Of a stretch of DNA of 64,000 nucleotides, positions 1-13,490 are shown piece after piece (the first letter of the stretch is position 1; each line of letters starts with the position of its first letter). This stretch comes from Octopus vulgaris (taxonomy: Eukaryota). The notes below the pieces were generated by a model that saw nothing but the letters and a program-made list of their open reading frames with translations, was not told where the DNA came from and did not search any database. Location: NCBI GenBank assembly GCA_951406725.2, contig OX597834.1, positions 20,832,001 through 20,896,000 of the forward strand, in the 5' to 3' direction. Made by a program: the position numbers and the translations under genes.

Positions 1-65
1 CGACTAAAGACGGTGCTCCAGAATGGTCACAGTCAAATGACTGAAACAAGTAAAAGAGTAAAGAG
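1..65 (+). mobile_element. 3' end of SINE family A (cut by window edge)
   Basis: cgactaaag-cggtgctccag-atgg-cacagtcaaatgactgaaacaagtaaaagag matches the tail of the full copies at 2578-3004 and 30224-30625. Confidence 0.85.
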
Positions 66-426
66 TATATATAAACAGGGTGAGTGAAAAGTTAGCTGAC
101 AGTAAATCAAAACCATTTAATTCCAAGATTTATTTATGTTTAACAACTGATGAATTTAATGAAAGTCCTGAGGTCGATTTGTTCGACTAAAACCCTTCGG
201 GGCAGTACCCCAGCATGCCCACATTCGGATGGTGCTTTTTACCTGCCACCAGCATGCAGAGCCGAGCCAGTCAGGTAGCACTGACACCGACCCATGCATG
301 AATGGTGCTTATTGCATGCCACCAGCATGGGAGCCAGTCAGGTGGCACCGGCATTGGCTACAAATATATTTTCCATTTTTGATTTTGATTTGATTGAGAT
401 TCTGATTGTGATTTTGATTTTTTAAT

Positions 427-477
<51 letters not shown>

Positions 478-482
478 CAAAT

Positions 483-680
483 GGGAAGGTTTATGAAAAT
501 AAATAAAAGACGAAGGCAGGTGGTGTACAAACAATTGTATTAGTATGGCGCTCAGGAATAGAAATAGAAAAAGTCTTTTATGTTTCAAGCCTATGCTCTT
601 CGACAAAGATACACAAAAGAAACAAGTAAGAAACAAGGAGAGAAAAAAAATGCGTGTAGGAGCTAACAGTCCATCATGGC
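483..680 (-). mobile_element. Family D short TA-embedded element with decayed hammerhead motif
   Basis: Near reverse complement of 38963-39160; flanked by (TA)n; hammerhead remnant at 574-610. Confidence 0.8.
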
Positions 681-697
681 ATATATATATATCTTGT

Positions 698-1036
698 TCA
701 TCATCATCATTGTTTAACATCTGCTTTCCATGCTAGCATAGGTTGGACAGTTCAACTGGGGTCTGGGAAGCTAGAAGGCTGCACCAGGCCCAGTCTGATC
801 TGGCAGTGTTTCTATGGCTGGATGCCCTTCCTAACACCAACCACTCCGTGAGTGTAGTGGGTGCTTTCTACGTGCCACTGGCACAGGTGACAGAGGAGGC
901 TGGCAAATGGCCACGATCGGATGGTGCTTTTTACGTGCCACCGGAACGGAGGCCAGTCGGGGAAACGGCCACGTTCGGATGGTTCTCTTACGTGCCACCG
1001 GCACTGGTATCACAACTACAATTTCCATTGATGTTG

Positions 1037-1041
<5 letters not shown>
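698..1041 (-). mobile_element. Family C: RTE-type LINE 3' UTR or derived element with internal tandem units and (ATG)n tail
   Basis: Matches copies at 19072, 23765, 53061 and 55219; three gtgcc-acy-ggcac-type units. Confidence 0.8.
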
Positions 1042-1079
<38 letters not shown>

Positions 1080-1847
1080 CATACATACATACATATATAT
1101 ATTGTTAATTCAAATAAACAAGTAATTAAAAGACAAAAAAAAATCTAATTTATATATATATATATATATGTTAAGAACTCATTCACTGTTCACTTTGTGT
1201 GCATTATTCTATGCACTGTTCATGCACTTTGGGCTATTTTTTCTGATGACTTGTAGTGCACCTGAGCACTGTATACAATAAGTTCATTTATCATTTTATA
1301 TCTAATCTATGAAATATATATAATGGCTTCCAAGTTCCTGGTTTTCTTTTACGTTCTACGTCGTAATTCTCGAGAGGTTGAGTGTAAAAGGTTGACTCAA
1401 CCTTTTAGCCCTCAGGGATCAATAATAAAAGTATCTATCCTTAGTAACATAACGGTAAATAGCCTAAGTGATGATATTTAGGGTAGTTACTATAGTTATA
1501 TTCTCCCCACCCTGATACCTGGAGGGAGAAAAAGAAAAAGAAACTATCGATAAATTATATTCTGTGTTTAAAAATCAATAGCGTCTATATATTTATATTT
1601 GTGTATGAGATCGTACACATTTGCAGGTATTTGATCTATATATGTGTATATGTATGTGTACATGTATGTATAGATAGATATGTAGGTTTATTAGTATACA
1701 CACATTTACTTGTATCCATATGCTTACATATCATATTTGTGCATGTGTGCATGGGGGGGTGTACGTATGTATATTATATATATATGCATTTACACACAAG
1801 TATACACGAATATACATATGTCTGTGTATGTGTGCCTGTGTACACAT

Positions 1848-2200
<353 letters not shown>

Positions 2201-2577
2201 AAATTCACATATGCGAAGTGTGCAAGGTGTCATATTCTCTCCTCTTTCTCTCTCTCTCTCACACACACACTTGCACACACACACACACACACTGGAGATT
2301 ATGCTCTCTTTTACAAAAATTCCCCAATAATTCTAAGGAACCCAGTAAACTGAGAATGTGTATCTCTGTCTTACGAAACTATGAACTCCGCCAACTCTAA
2401 CATTTCATTACATAATCATAGAAAAAGAGTATGACCTTCCTAATCCTAGTAACAATTAAAAACAAAACAAAAATAAATAAAAAATAAGATAAAATAAAAT
2501 CGGTCATAAGCAATGCTCTCTTCTGATTGGTGCAACTTCTTCACACTTTTGCTTGATTTCATATATACTTTTGGCTT

Positions 2578-3004
2578 TTTACTCTTTTACTCTCTACTCT
2601 TTTACTTGTTTCAGTCATTTGACTGTGGCCATACTGGAGCACTGCCTTTAGTCGAGCAAATCGACCCCAGGACTTATTCTTTGTAAGCCTAGTACTTATT
2701 CTATCGGTCTCTTTTGCCGAACCGCTAAGTTACGGGGACGTAAACACACCAGCATCGGTTGTCAAGCAATGTTGGAGGGACAAACACAGACACACAAACA
2801 TATACTCACACACGCACATACATATATATTATACATATATACGACAGGCTTCTTTCAGTTTCTGTCTACCAAATCCACTCACAAGGCTTTGGTTGGCCTG
2901 AGACTATAGTAGACGACACTTGCCCAAGGTGCCACGCAGTGGGACTGAACCCAGAACCATTTGGTTTGTAAGCAAGCTACTTACCACACAGCCACTCCTA
3001 CGCC
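2578..3004 (-). mobile_element. Full-length tRNA-derived SINE family A (CORE-like segment, internal TA/TG tract)
   Basis: Minus strand begins ggcgtaggagtggctgtgtggtaag (box A) ... gggttcagtccc (box B) ... ccttgggcaagtgtc; tail (aaaagagt)n. Confidence 0.9.
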
Positions 3005-3082
3005 TTTATATTTTTTACTGTTCCCGCATGAAACAGGGTGTACAGTTGTGGTTATGTATAAATGAGTATATATATTAGTCTT

Positions 3083-3684
3083 CTTTTCTTCTTTTACACG
3101 TTTCAATCATATGACTGTGGTCATGCTGGAGCACTGCATTCAAAGGGTTTTAGTCGAAGAAATCAACGCTATGACTTATTCTTTGCAAACCTAGTATTTA
3201 TTCTATTGGTCGAGCTTGCTGAACTGCTAAGTTACAGGGCCATAAACACACCAACATCGGTTGTTAAGTGCTGTAGGAGGAACAAATACAGACACAAAGA
3301 CACACATAAATATATATATATAAATATATAAATATAAATATAAATGAATAATTTTAAATTTAAATAATTTAAATCTTAAATTTTATATTCTATATATTTT
3401 GTAAATTATATTAATTATTTTTATTTTTATGTTTTGGTTTATGTTTTTCACTGTTTGATTTGCCTAATAGTGGTTTTATCTCTAATTTAATTTATATATA
3501 TATATATATACACACACGCAGGATGAGCTTCTTTCAGTTTCCATCTACCAATTCCACTCACAAGGCTTTAGTCTGCCAAGGCTGTATAGTAGAAGACCCT
3601 TGCCCAAGGTGCCATACAGTGGGACTGAACCCAGAATCATGTTGTTGGGAAGCAGGCTTCTTACCACAGAGCCACGCTTGCACC
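3083..3684 (-). mobile_element. SINE family A, older copy with expanded AT-rich interior
   Basis: Both halves align by eye to 2578-3004. Confidence 0.8.
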
Positions 3685-4258
3685 TAGATATATATGCTAT
3701 TTTCTTTTTTATTTTATTTGGCAAATGATGAACAATAGTTTTGTCAGTCATAGGTTTTTAATGAACTGACTACTGAGTTTCATTATGCATTTCTGACAGC
3801 AAGAGTGACAAGGGAGTACTTGTAGCTTGGTGCAGAACAAATATTTTAAAGGACAGTGTTTGAAGATCACTGAGGGGTTTTAATTGTGGAATGGAACATT
3901 TTGATTTTTATGGAGAAGCCAGTGAAGGAGCCTCTACTTTGCTACTTAGTCTGCTAGAAATAGCTACCAAATATTCCTCAAATTGAATCCTACTGTTTTG
4001 ATATGTTGTTTCCTGGATTTCATCATTTTGTCCCAGAATCCTAATACGATATCTAAATTAAGTTTTATAGTAACGTCAAAATATTTTTTTCCCTATGTCA
4101 ATATCGTATGTGAGGTAAGGATCACATTGTGTTCTTTACCACTGGGCATTGGTCAACTTGGGACTTTAGTAAAAGACACCCAAGGTGCTGTGCAGCAGGT
4201 TTGAACCATAAAGAATCACTATGGTTGGGAAGCAAGCTTCTTACCCACACTGCCATGT

Positions 4259-4259
4259 C

Positions 4260-4342
<83 letters not shown>

Positions 4343-4740
4343 GTCTGTCTGTCTGTCTGTCTATTTATCTCTTTATCTGTCTTTCTATTTTCATGTCTAT
4401 ATATCATCTCTTTATCAATCAACCTATCTATCTACCTGTCTGTCTACCTTTCTATCTACCAATCTGTCTGTCTATCTATTTGTTTGTCTACTCTTATATC
4501 TATCATTTCTTTATCGATCTACCTATCTACCTACCTATCTGTCTATCTATCTATTTGTCTATCTGTCTGTCTATCTATTTGTCTATCTATCTATCTACCT
4601 ACCTATCTACCTTTCTGTCTACTTGTTGATCTGTCTATCTGTCTATCTATCGATCTACCTACCTACCTATCTATCTATCTATCTATCTATCTAGATAGAT
4701 AGATAGATAGATCGATAGATAGATAGATAGATAGATAGAT
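4259..4740. repeat. (TCTA)n degenerate tract that switches to (TAGA)n at about 4692
   Basis: Direct inspection. Confidence 0.95.
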
Positions 4741-5667
4741 ACCAATGCTCCCAAATGACAGGCTTGATAATTGTTAAAAGACTTCTTTCACACGAAACCA
4801 CTGGTAGCTTCGCTAACTGACAAATAAAGTATACGTAAACATGTATATGTATATACAGACGCACACACGCACATACATAGACACACACATATATAACTGC
4901 AAAACTTTTCTTAGTTGCAGTTAGCATGTGTAGACGTGCAGCAACTGCAAAATCCAATTACATTCTACGTGACGAAAATAGCCAATAGAAATTCTTCAAA
5001 AGAACATCCAATGCCCATTTCAATTAGATTGCTGTTTAAACAAAGAACCAAGCTCTTGGATAAGTTTGGATGGCATAACAAGAAAAGGAATCTGACATAA
5101 AGTGGATGTCCCTTCGTCTGAGAAAGAAAATTTTTATTCATTTTCAGTTTTTTTTTTTTTGTGTTTTATTCAACTAAATTTTTCTCTCTTGCAGACAAAA
5201 CAAAAAAAATTACTTCATCTGAAGAATGTCAGATTTTTCTTCCTCTCTTGACATATGGACAGCACCATATAATTTTCTCTGCTGCCAACCACCTCCGGAG
5301 TTTTCAGATCCTGTTTTTGTTTAATTATTAGCGGATTGTTGATTCACCCTTTTTATACCGATCCATCTGAGACCACCCCTGCTGATTCTATGACACAGAC
5401 TTCCTGTTTTAAAGGGATCTTAATGAAAACATTTCATCAGAATTCCAGGCTAATTCATGTTCCAAACACCAAATTAATAATCTTTCATTTTTCATTTTTT
5501 TATTTGTTTCAGTAATCAAACTGTGGCCATACTGGGGTACCACCTTGAAGGATTTTTAGTAGGTTGACAACTGGTATTGGTTTGTTATATCCCCAATAAC
5601 TTAGTGGTTTAGCAAAAGAGACTGACAAAATAAGCACCAGACTTTAAAAATAATAATAATAATAATA

Positions 5668-5717
<50 letters not shown>

Positions 5718-5719
5718 GT

Positions 5720-5860
5720 ATAAAGCCTGGAATTTTGGGGGAGGTGCTAGTCAATTACATTGATCCCAGCAAATATTTGAATCCAGAATGTAAAGACAGA
5801 TGTTATGCCACTAAGCATTTAGCCTGGCATACTAAAGATTCAGCCACCTCACTGCCTTAA
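5720..5860 (-). mobile_element. SINE family B, internally deleted
   Basis: aaagcctggaattttggggg...caattacattgatcccag...ctaagcattt...ctcactgcctt matches B copies. Confidence 0.7.
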
Positions 5861-5868
5861 TAATAATG

Positions 5869-5919
<51 letters not shown>

Positions 5920-5927
5920 TATTATTA

Positions 5928-6188
5928 GAAATTCAAAAGATAGTGCTCATGGGAACTGCTCATATCCTACGCAAAATACTTTCTATGTAATCTCAAGGTT
6001 TAAAACAAACATTTTTTTTTAGACATCCACTAGTACAACACAAAAAACACAACCAAATATATGGCACACCAGGCATAACAACAACGTAAACTTCCAACCT
6101 GTTGTCTCTTGAGGTCTCTGGGTGAGACTTGGAGCCAACTTGTACAAATATAAAGCAAACATAGAATAATAATAATAATAATAATAAT
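5928..6188 (+). mobile_element. 3' end of an RLE-type (R4/Dong-like) non-LTR retrotransposon
   Basis: 5928-5990 translates EIQKIVLMGTAHILRKILSM*, the typical C-terminus; followed by 3' UTR and (AAT)n tail. Confidence 0.85.
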
Positions 6189-6597
6189 AGGAAAGCAGAC
6201 ATAGTCTTAATTGAGAAAGAAAGCAAACTATGCTGGATCATAGATATAGCATGCCCAGCTGATAACAAGGTATATGATAAGGAAGAAAGAAAAGTTGATA
6301 GATATGGCAGGTTAGCTTGAGAGGTTAAGCAGTTGTGGTTGATGCAAAAGGTGCTAGCAGTCCCAATAATTGTTGGAGCCTTGGAAACAGTGAATAAAAT
6401 TCTTGAGAAGAACATGGAACAAATACGGGCTGCAATAAGGGTGGAGCACTTGCAGAAAACAGCACTGCATGGAACAACTTGAATGCTCCGGATGGTGCTC
6501 AAAAAATAAGGGGTGTTACCATAGTTCACTGGTAGTGAACAGCTGGCACCATAGCACATCTCCAGTGTTAGAAGTTGTGCAAAGACAATAAATAATA
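6189..6597 (+). pseudogene. RLE endonuclease domain of an R4/Dong-like LINE, 5'-truncated, two in-frame stops
   Basis: RKADIVLIEKESKLCWIIDIACPADNKVYDKEERKVDRYGRLA*EVKQLW...VPIIVGALETV...LQKTALHGTT*MLRMVLKK* (stop 6507-6509); (P)D..D..K..Y motif. Confidence 0.9.
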
Positions 6598-6614
6598 ACG
6601 ATGATGATTTCAAT

Positions 6615-6780
6615 GTTTGGTACAAGGCCTGCAATTTCAGGGGTACTTATTTCATCAACCATGAAAGGATGAAAGGCTAAGCTTACTTTGATGGAATTTG
6701 AATTCAGAATGTAAAGATGACCAAAATGTCACTTAGCATTTTGTCCAGCATTGAAAGGATTCTGCCAGCACACCACCTTG
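6615..6780 (-). mobile_element. SINE family B
   Basis: gaaaggatgaaaggc...ggaatttgaattcagaatgt...tagcatttt...tctgccagc. Confidence 0.75.
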
Positions 6781-6839
6781 ATGATGATGATGATAACAAC
6801 AACAACAACAACAATAATAATAATAATAATAAAAATAAT

Positions 6840-7060
6840 AATCTCAAGGTTTAAAACAAACATAATTTTGGTTTTTTGGGGGGGTTTAAAAAAATTTTTT
6901 TTTTAGACATTTACTAGTACAACACACAAAAAAGGCCCCAAATATATGGCACACTAGGCATAACAACAACGTGAACTTCCAACCTGTTGTCTCTTGAGGT
7001 CTCTGGGTGAGACTTGGAGCCAACTTGTACAAATATAAAGCAAAAGTCAAACAGAATAAT
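6840..7060 (+). mobile_element. Second copy of the 3' UTR of the element at 5928-6188
   Basis: aatctcaaggtttaaaacaaac...cttccaacctgttgtctcttgaggtctctgggtgagacttggagccaacttgtacaaatataaagcaaa is nearly identical to 5989-6160. Confidence 0.9.
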
Positions 7061-7123
7061 AATAATAATAATAACAACATCAACAATAACAATAACAATA
7101 ATAATAATAATAATAATAATAAC

Positions 7124-7320
7124 CTAAGAATTACCAACAGAATGGGGCTGTAGCAGAAAACAGCCTTGTCAGGGACAGCAAGGATTCTAAGTGGGGTAAT
7201 GGAAAGTTGGAGGAGAACGAATGACCTCAAAGGACCTTTGGCTATTTGATATGGTTCTTTCTTTTGGTGTAGTACCAGTATAATATCTGCCAGGAGAAAA
7301 GCTTCAATTAGATCAATAAT
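7124..7320 (+). mobile_element. 3' end of a third RLE-type LINE subfamily
   Basis: LRITNRMGL*QKTALSGTARILSGVMES, then UTR and (AAT)n. Confidence 0.75.
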
Positions 7321-7324
7321 AATA

Positions 7325-7540
7325 ATCCTTTCTACTAAAGACACAAGGCCAGCAATTTTGAGAGATGGGGGAATAGTCAACTACATTAAGCCCAGTGTTA
7401 CACTGGTACTTAATTTATTGAACCCGAAGGAGTGAAAAGCTAAGTTGATCTTGATGGGATTTGAACTCAAAATGTAAAGAGAAATGAAATGCGGCAAAAC
7501 ATTTTGGCCAATGTGCTTACCATTCTGCCAGCTTGCCAAT
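7325..7540 (-). mobile_element. SINE family B
   Basis: aatcctttctactaaagacacaaggcc...ctggtacttaatttat...tttgaactca...tctgccagcttgcc. Confidence 0.8.
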
Positions 7541-8018
7541 TATAAAAATAGTAGGTACTGGGGTTTATATTTGCTCAACTAGATTCTTCAAGGTGATGCT
7601 CCAGCATGGCTGCTGTCCAATGACTGAAACCAGTAGCAGCGAAAAGAAATAAAATCTAGCAAGGAAAAGGATAACCCCCACCAACCAGCACTACCAAATT
7701 TGAAACCAAAGTCAACTTGACTTTCTCCAAATAGCATAGAATTTCTTGAAGTGATTTGTATAGAAATCACAAGGAAATGATGGTAAATTGGTGCCTCGTG
7801 TTTCTCTCAGGAAGTGGAAGTGGCACCGGGGCCAAATTGCTGTTGCATGCTGCCGGTAGCAGCAGCTGAGCTAATAGATCACGTCGGTTGTAAGAAAGTG
7901 AATTTAACATATTGACGCGGAATGAAAATGAAGCTATGCTGAAAATCAATTGTGGAGTTATTGAACACAAAAAGGAAACGAAAACAAAATAATAATAATA
8001 ACAATAATAATAATAATA

Positions 8019-8057
<39 letters not shown>

Positions 8058-8069
8058 TCACCGACCGAC

Positions 8070-8208
8070 AGACTTCTATCTCTCTTTGGCCTTTCATCTC
8101 TTGCCATCTCTCTCGAATTCTCTTACTCTTTCTTTCTCTCTCTTAATACATCCTTACCCTTTCCCCTTTCTCTTTTTCCGCTCTCAACATCTTACTCTTC
8201 ACTCCCTT

Positions 8209-8249
<41 letters not shown>

Positions 8250-8419
8250 TTCTCTGTCTTTCTCCCCTCTCATTCACATGCTCTGTCTCATTACATCTGT
8301 CATTCCTTTCCATCGCTCTCCTTCTCGTTCACCCTCTCTCTCAAGTTCTCACTCATTCTTCTTGATCTCTACTTTCATTTTCATCACTTCACATTCTTTC
8401 CAACATCCTTCCACTGTTT

Positions 8420-8463
<44 letters not shown>

Positions 8464-8680
8464 GTTCTCTCACTGTTACACTTTATCTATCTCAATTTCT
8501 CATTTTCTCCATCTCTTTCTCTCCTCTTTCACACTCTCTATCTCTCAGCCACTTCTCACTCCTTCTCCATACTCTCTTACTCTTTCACTCTCTTCACATT
8601 ACTTTCCTTCCAACCCTCTGCTCTCTCTCTCTCTCTTTCTCTCTCTCACTCCACCCTCTCCCCACCTCCAACCAACCCTT
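8070..8680. repeat. Polypyrimidine CT-rich low-complexity tract
   Basis: Direct inspection. Confidence 0.9.
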
Positions 8681-8894
8681 ACTGCGGCATTTACCTATCA
8701 GAAGACTCTGTAATATATCTTTCTTTGACTGAGAAGAAAGGAAGAGGGAGAAATCTGAGAGATATCAATAAGTTAAGGAAAAGCTGTTGATCAATAGCTA
8801 TCTGTTAGACAGACATGCTATAACTTACCTGTAATTATCTATATCTATCTACCTGTCTATCCCTATCTCCCTGCCTATCTATCAATATCTACGT

Positions 8895-9230
8895 CTGTGT
8901 GTGTGTATGTGTGTGTGTAATATACACGCAAGTTCAAATGCAAATAGGTTTTCTCTGCACGCATGTGATTGTGTGTATGTATGTGTGTAATTGTATGTGT
9001 GTAAGTGTTTGTGTGTGTTTGTTAGTTTGTCTCCATCTATAAATGTGTTTCTAATTCTGTGTGTGTCTGTATGTATGTATTGATGTATATGCGTGCATGT
9101 ATTTTTGTATATATATGTATGTGCATGTATTATACATGTATATTTATGTATGTGTATATGCATATGTATATATATATATATATGTATATATTTATATATG
9201 TGTGTATATATATATATATATGTATATATT

Positions 9231-9271
<41 letters not shown>

Positions 9272-9823
9272 TTATATATGTATATATTTATATATGTATA
9301 TATTTATATATGTATATATATATATGTATATATTTATATATGTGTATATATATATATGTATGTATATATATATGTATGTGCATATATATACATATATATA
9401 CATATATATGTATATATGTGCATGTATATATGTATGTGCATGTATACATATGTATGAATGCATTTACACACACATCACAATTTGAGTTCGTTTCTCCTTG
9501 TCTATCTATGTATGTATGTATGTATGTATGCGTACACATATACATAAGTACAGTCTCTGTATGCACTGTCTGTGTGTGTGTATATATGTCTGCATATATA
9601 TGTGCTTGTGTCTCAATCTGTGAATGCGTTTCTGCTTCTGTCTGTCTGTATGTAAGTATGCATGTATGACTGCCTCAATTTTCATATGTATTTATACATG
9701 TGTATCCATACACCAGCATGCATCTTTGTATGCATCCATGTATGTCCCATGTAGGTATTTCAGTGTGAATCATTCTGCTTTTATCTGTCTGTACTCACAC
9801 ATGTAGTATATATTTATCGTACG

Positions 9824-9858
<35 letters not shown>

Positions 9859-10177
9859 CTTCACCACATGTGTCTGTCTATGTATGTTTTTGTGTCTGTC
9901 CATGTGTATGTCTTTTCCTGTGCATGCAACCATACTGAAGGTAGCCATAATTAGGTAATATTGATGCTAAATACCTTCTGCTCGGTATTAATAACTTCAG
10001 CTTCTCATGCAGCTTTTATTGAATTTCATTACTAGCCTAACTATACACACTCACGCAATTAGAGTAAGTCCGTCTGTCTGTCTGTCTGTCTGCATCTTCT
10101 TTTCCCCTTCACCCATCTGTATATACATATATCTATAATTATATACATATATGCACACACCTGCATACATATATATG

Positions 10178-10259
<82 letters not shown>

Positions 10260-10399
10260 CGTATATATGTATATATATGTATATATATGTATATATGTAA
10301 GTATATATATATATATATATTTTTGTATATACATATATATATATGTATATATATGTATATATATATATATGTATGTATATATATATGTATATATATGTG

Positions 10400-10432
<33 letters not shown>

Positions 10433-10530
10433 GTATATATATATATATATGTGTATATATATATATGTATATATATATATGTATACATATGTATACATAT
10501 ATATATATATATGTGTGTGTGTGTGTATAT
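8895..10530. repeat. (TG)/(TA)/(TATG) low-complexity region with long (TA)n-rich blocks at 9160-9450 and 10140-10510
   Basis: Direct inspection. Confidence 0.9.
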
Positions 10531-11176
10531 CATCATCATTATCGTTTTAACAACCACTTTTCCATGCTTGCATCGATCAGGTGAAGTTTACTGAAGCAGA
10601 TATTTTCTACAGCTGGTCGCCCTTCCATTCACCAACTCATTCCAGCTTCCAACCCAACTTGATATTTTCTCATGGCCAGACATGTTTTTACAGAGTATTG
10701 GAAATGAATGACATTGCTTTTTTGACTGTGACAATCATTTGCAACTATCACACTATGTCAAGTCAAGGAGATACACACACACATAAATTGAAGAGGTATA
10801 AGAAGGAAATACAGATTTATTTCTATATGATTTCATTGTGGTTACAGCTGTTTCATAATCTACTCTATGTAGTATCATTAATTTCAACGTTCCAAATTAT
10901 ATATATACATTCTACATCAAATTGCATGCTTAGCATTATACAATACAGTTGTATATTCACCTAGAGATATATAATAGACAAAACTAACTTGTCTGACCAA
11001 ATGTAGCAGTGTTAATTATGAAGATAGTCAGGGTCCAACTCCAAACATGCACTGCTAGTATGTGTTTTATAACATATTTAGAAATTAAAAACTATTAATA
11101 AATGTTTCTTCTTAAAATCAACCAGGGATTAGATTAATCATCTCTACAGATCACATGATTGACTTTAGAATATAAT

Positions 11177-11332
11177 TATTTCTTTACTACCCACAAGGGG
11201 CTAAACACAGAGAGGACAGACAAGGAGATTAAGTCGATTATATCGACCCCAGTACGTAACTGGTACTAAATTCATCGACCCCGAAAGGATGAAAGGCAAA
11301 GTCGACCTCGGTGGAATTTGAACTCAGAACGT
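11177..11332 (-). mobile_element. 5'-truncated young SINE B with 8-bp TSD
   Basis: aatataat at 11169-11176 and 11333-11340; body matches 14693-14925. Confidence 0.9.
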
Positions 11333-12064
11333 AATATAATATTGATAAAATAGAGAAAAAATCTTCATTCTTTCCATGGGTTGCAGGTTTATTTCAATTA
11401 GTAGATACTAAATTAGTAGTCTCTAAATTCTAATGTTGTACTTAATCTCACATTAAACCATTTGTGACAGGTTTTTTTTAAAACTGGCCACTCTGATAAT
11501 TTCCTGTGTGAAACTGACTGGTAAAATGGCTTAAATGGATCTACAATACTGTATACTTTAAGATTAAGGTACTCACTCTATTGACAAATATATCAGTGCC
11601 TGTTTTTGGTTCTTTGGAATATTTAGACAACCATATGGTCTCCCAAAATAAATAAATAAATAAGGGGTGCTGTTGCTAGGAATAATTTCCTAGCAGTTCT
11701 GGCTTAGACTATCCAATGTCTTGACCTAGTAGAAATAGCACCCAAATCTCCCTCGAATCATAGTTTACCGTCCTAAAAATAAAACATTGTTACAGCATAG
11801 TTGTAGATGTGACAAAAGACAGGATGGTCTCAAGTGGATTGTCTTCTCAGGTCTGTTTGATCGGTGCTGACTTGAAGAGACCGAACAACAGTACCAGTGA
11901 ATCAAAAGCCACTTTGTTATTCTTTGCTTCAGCATCGTTAAGTAGATCATGGTGGCTCTTGTTCACGGTAACGAACTGGATCTAAATGACCACTTTAGGT
12001 TGGCATGTGTGAAGCAAGTCATGTTTTGCATCAAGAGACAACACCATTATTACATTGATGGATT

Positions 12065-12109
<45 letters not shown>

Positions 12110-12511
12110 TTATATACACACATGCATATGTAAACATATATATGTAGATCTCTGGATATGACTATATGTGTGTGTGTGTGTGTGTGTATACATATATATA
12201 TCTATATCTATCTATCTATATATATACACACACACACATATATATATATATATAAATTTACATACACACACACATATATACACACATATATATATGTATG
12301 TATATATATCATCATCTTCTAACGTCCGCTTTCCATGCTAGCATGGGTTATATATATATACACACACACATACATATATATACATATTTATATATATGTA
12401 TATATATATATACACTCATACATATACACACATATATATATATGTATATATATACATATATATATATGTATGCATATATATATACATATATATATGTATG
12501 TATATATACAC

Positions 12512-12542
<31 letters not shown>

Positions 12543-13249
12543 AATTCAAAATCATGTACAAGGATATATACAGGTGTGTGTGTGTATATATATATATACT
12601 TATACACACACACACATGTATATGTATGTATATATGTAAATACATTTGTATACGAAAATATATATATGTGTATATATTTGTGTGCCTGTGTACATACACA
12701 TTAACATATGTCTGTGCATGCACACACACACGCACACACACACATGCATACATGGTCATATAAATGTGTATGTGTACATGATGTTGGTCTGATATGCAAA
12801 TTTATTCCCTTATGTCTCCAAGTCAACTTACCATTCCAGATAAAGCAATTTTATCTGAGAATTGAGCTTAAGTTAACAGGTCTCTAATTAGTTTAGCATT
12901 CATTACCAGTGCCAATGCTGTTCATAAAATCATTCAGCAACTGAATCAAGGAATTAATTTTTGCAAATGTCTTCTGAATATATTTAGATAGTTCCAAGGA
13001 AGCGAATTCTCCCCATAAAGGATCATTGTTACCATGTAGACCAATTCCTAAGACCTTTATGGCTACCAATAGGCACACTTTTAATGCATATTCTTCCATG
13101 CCATGTAAACCCTTTTTTAATATATTATATGTTAATTCGATTGGGGCTTTTAATGGCCTCTTTACGTTCTGAGTTCAAATCATGCCAAGAGCACCCTTAA
13201 CTTTTCTGCTTTCAAAGTTGATGAGATAAAAGTACCAACCAAGTACTGT

Positions 13250-13490
13250 CGTCATCATCATCATTATCATCATTTAATGACCATTTTCCATGATGGAATG
13301 GGTTGGATGGTTTGGCTCCAGTCATCTGTTTTGGGATGGTCTATACGGCTGGATGCTCTTCCTAAGACCAACCACTTTACAGGGTGTACTAGGTCCCTTT
13401 TTTCATGTGGCTCCAGTACTGGTGTCTTTCATGTGGCACCAATACGGATGACTTTTACATGGTTCGAGCACGAATGCTTTTACATGATGC
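13250..13490 (-). mobile_element. Family C, diverged
   Basis: catcatttaatgaccattttccatg...ggctggatgctcttccta...ccaaccacttta. Confidence 0.7.

Noticed and set aside
147-165. CTGATGA...GAAA hammerhead-like words; similar CTGANGA hits near 32820, 42645 and 49000 on minus
   Set aside because: No stem II, or no correctly placed GAAA and stem I
5993-6634. 213-aa minus-strand ORF
   Set aside because: Antisense shadow of the plus-strand RLE pseudogene
12893-13099. 68-aa ORF in unique sequence
   Set aside because: No recognisable homology or splice context; a length expected by chance
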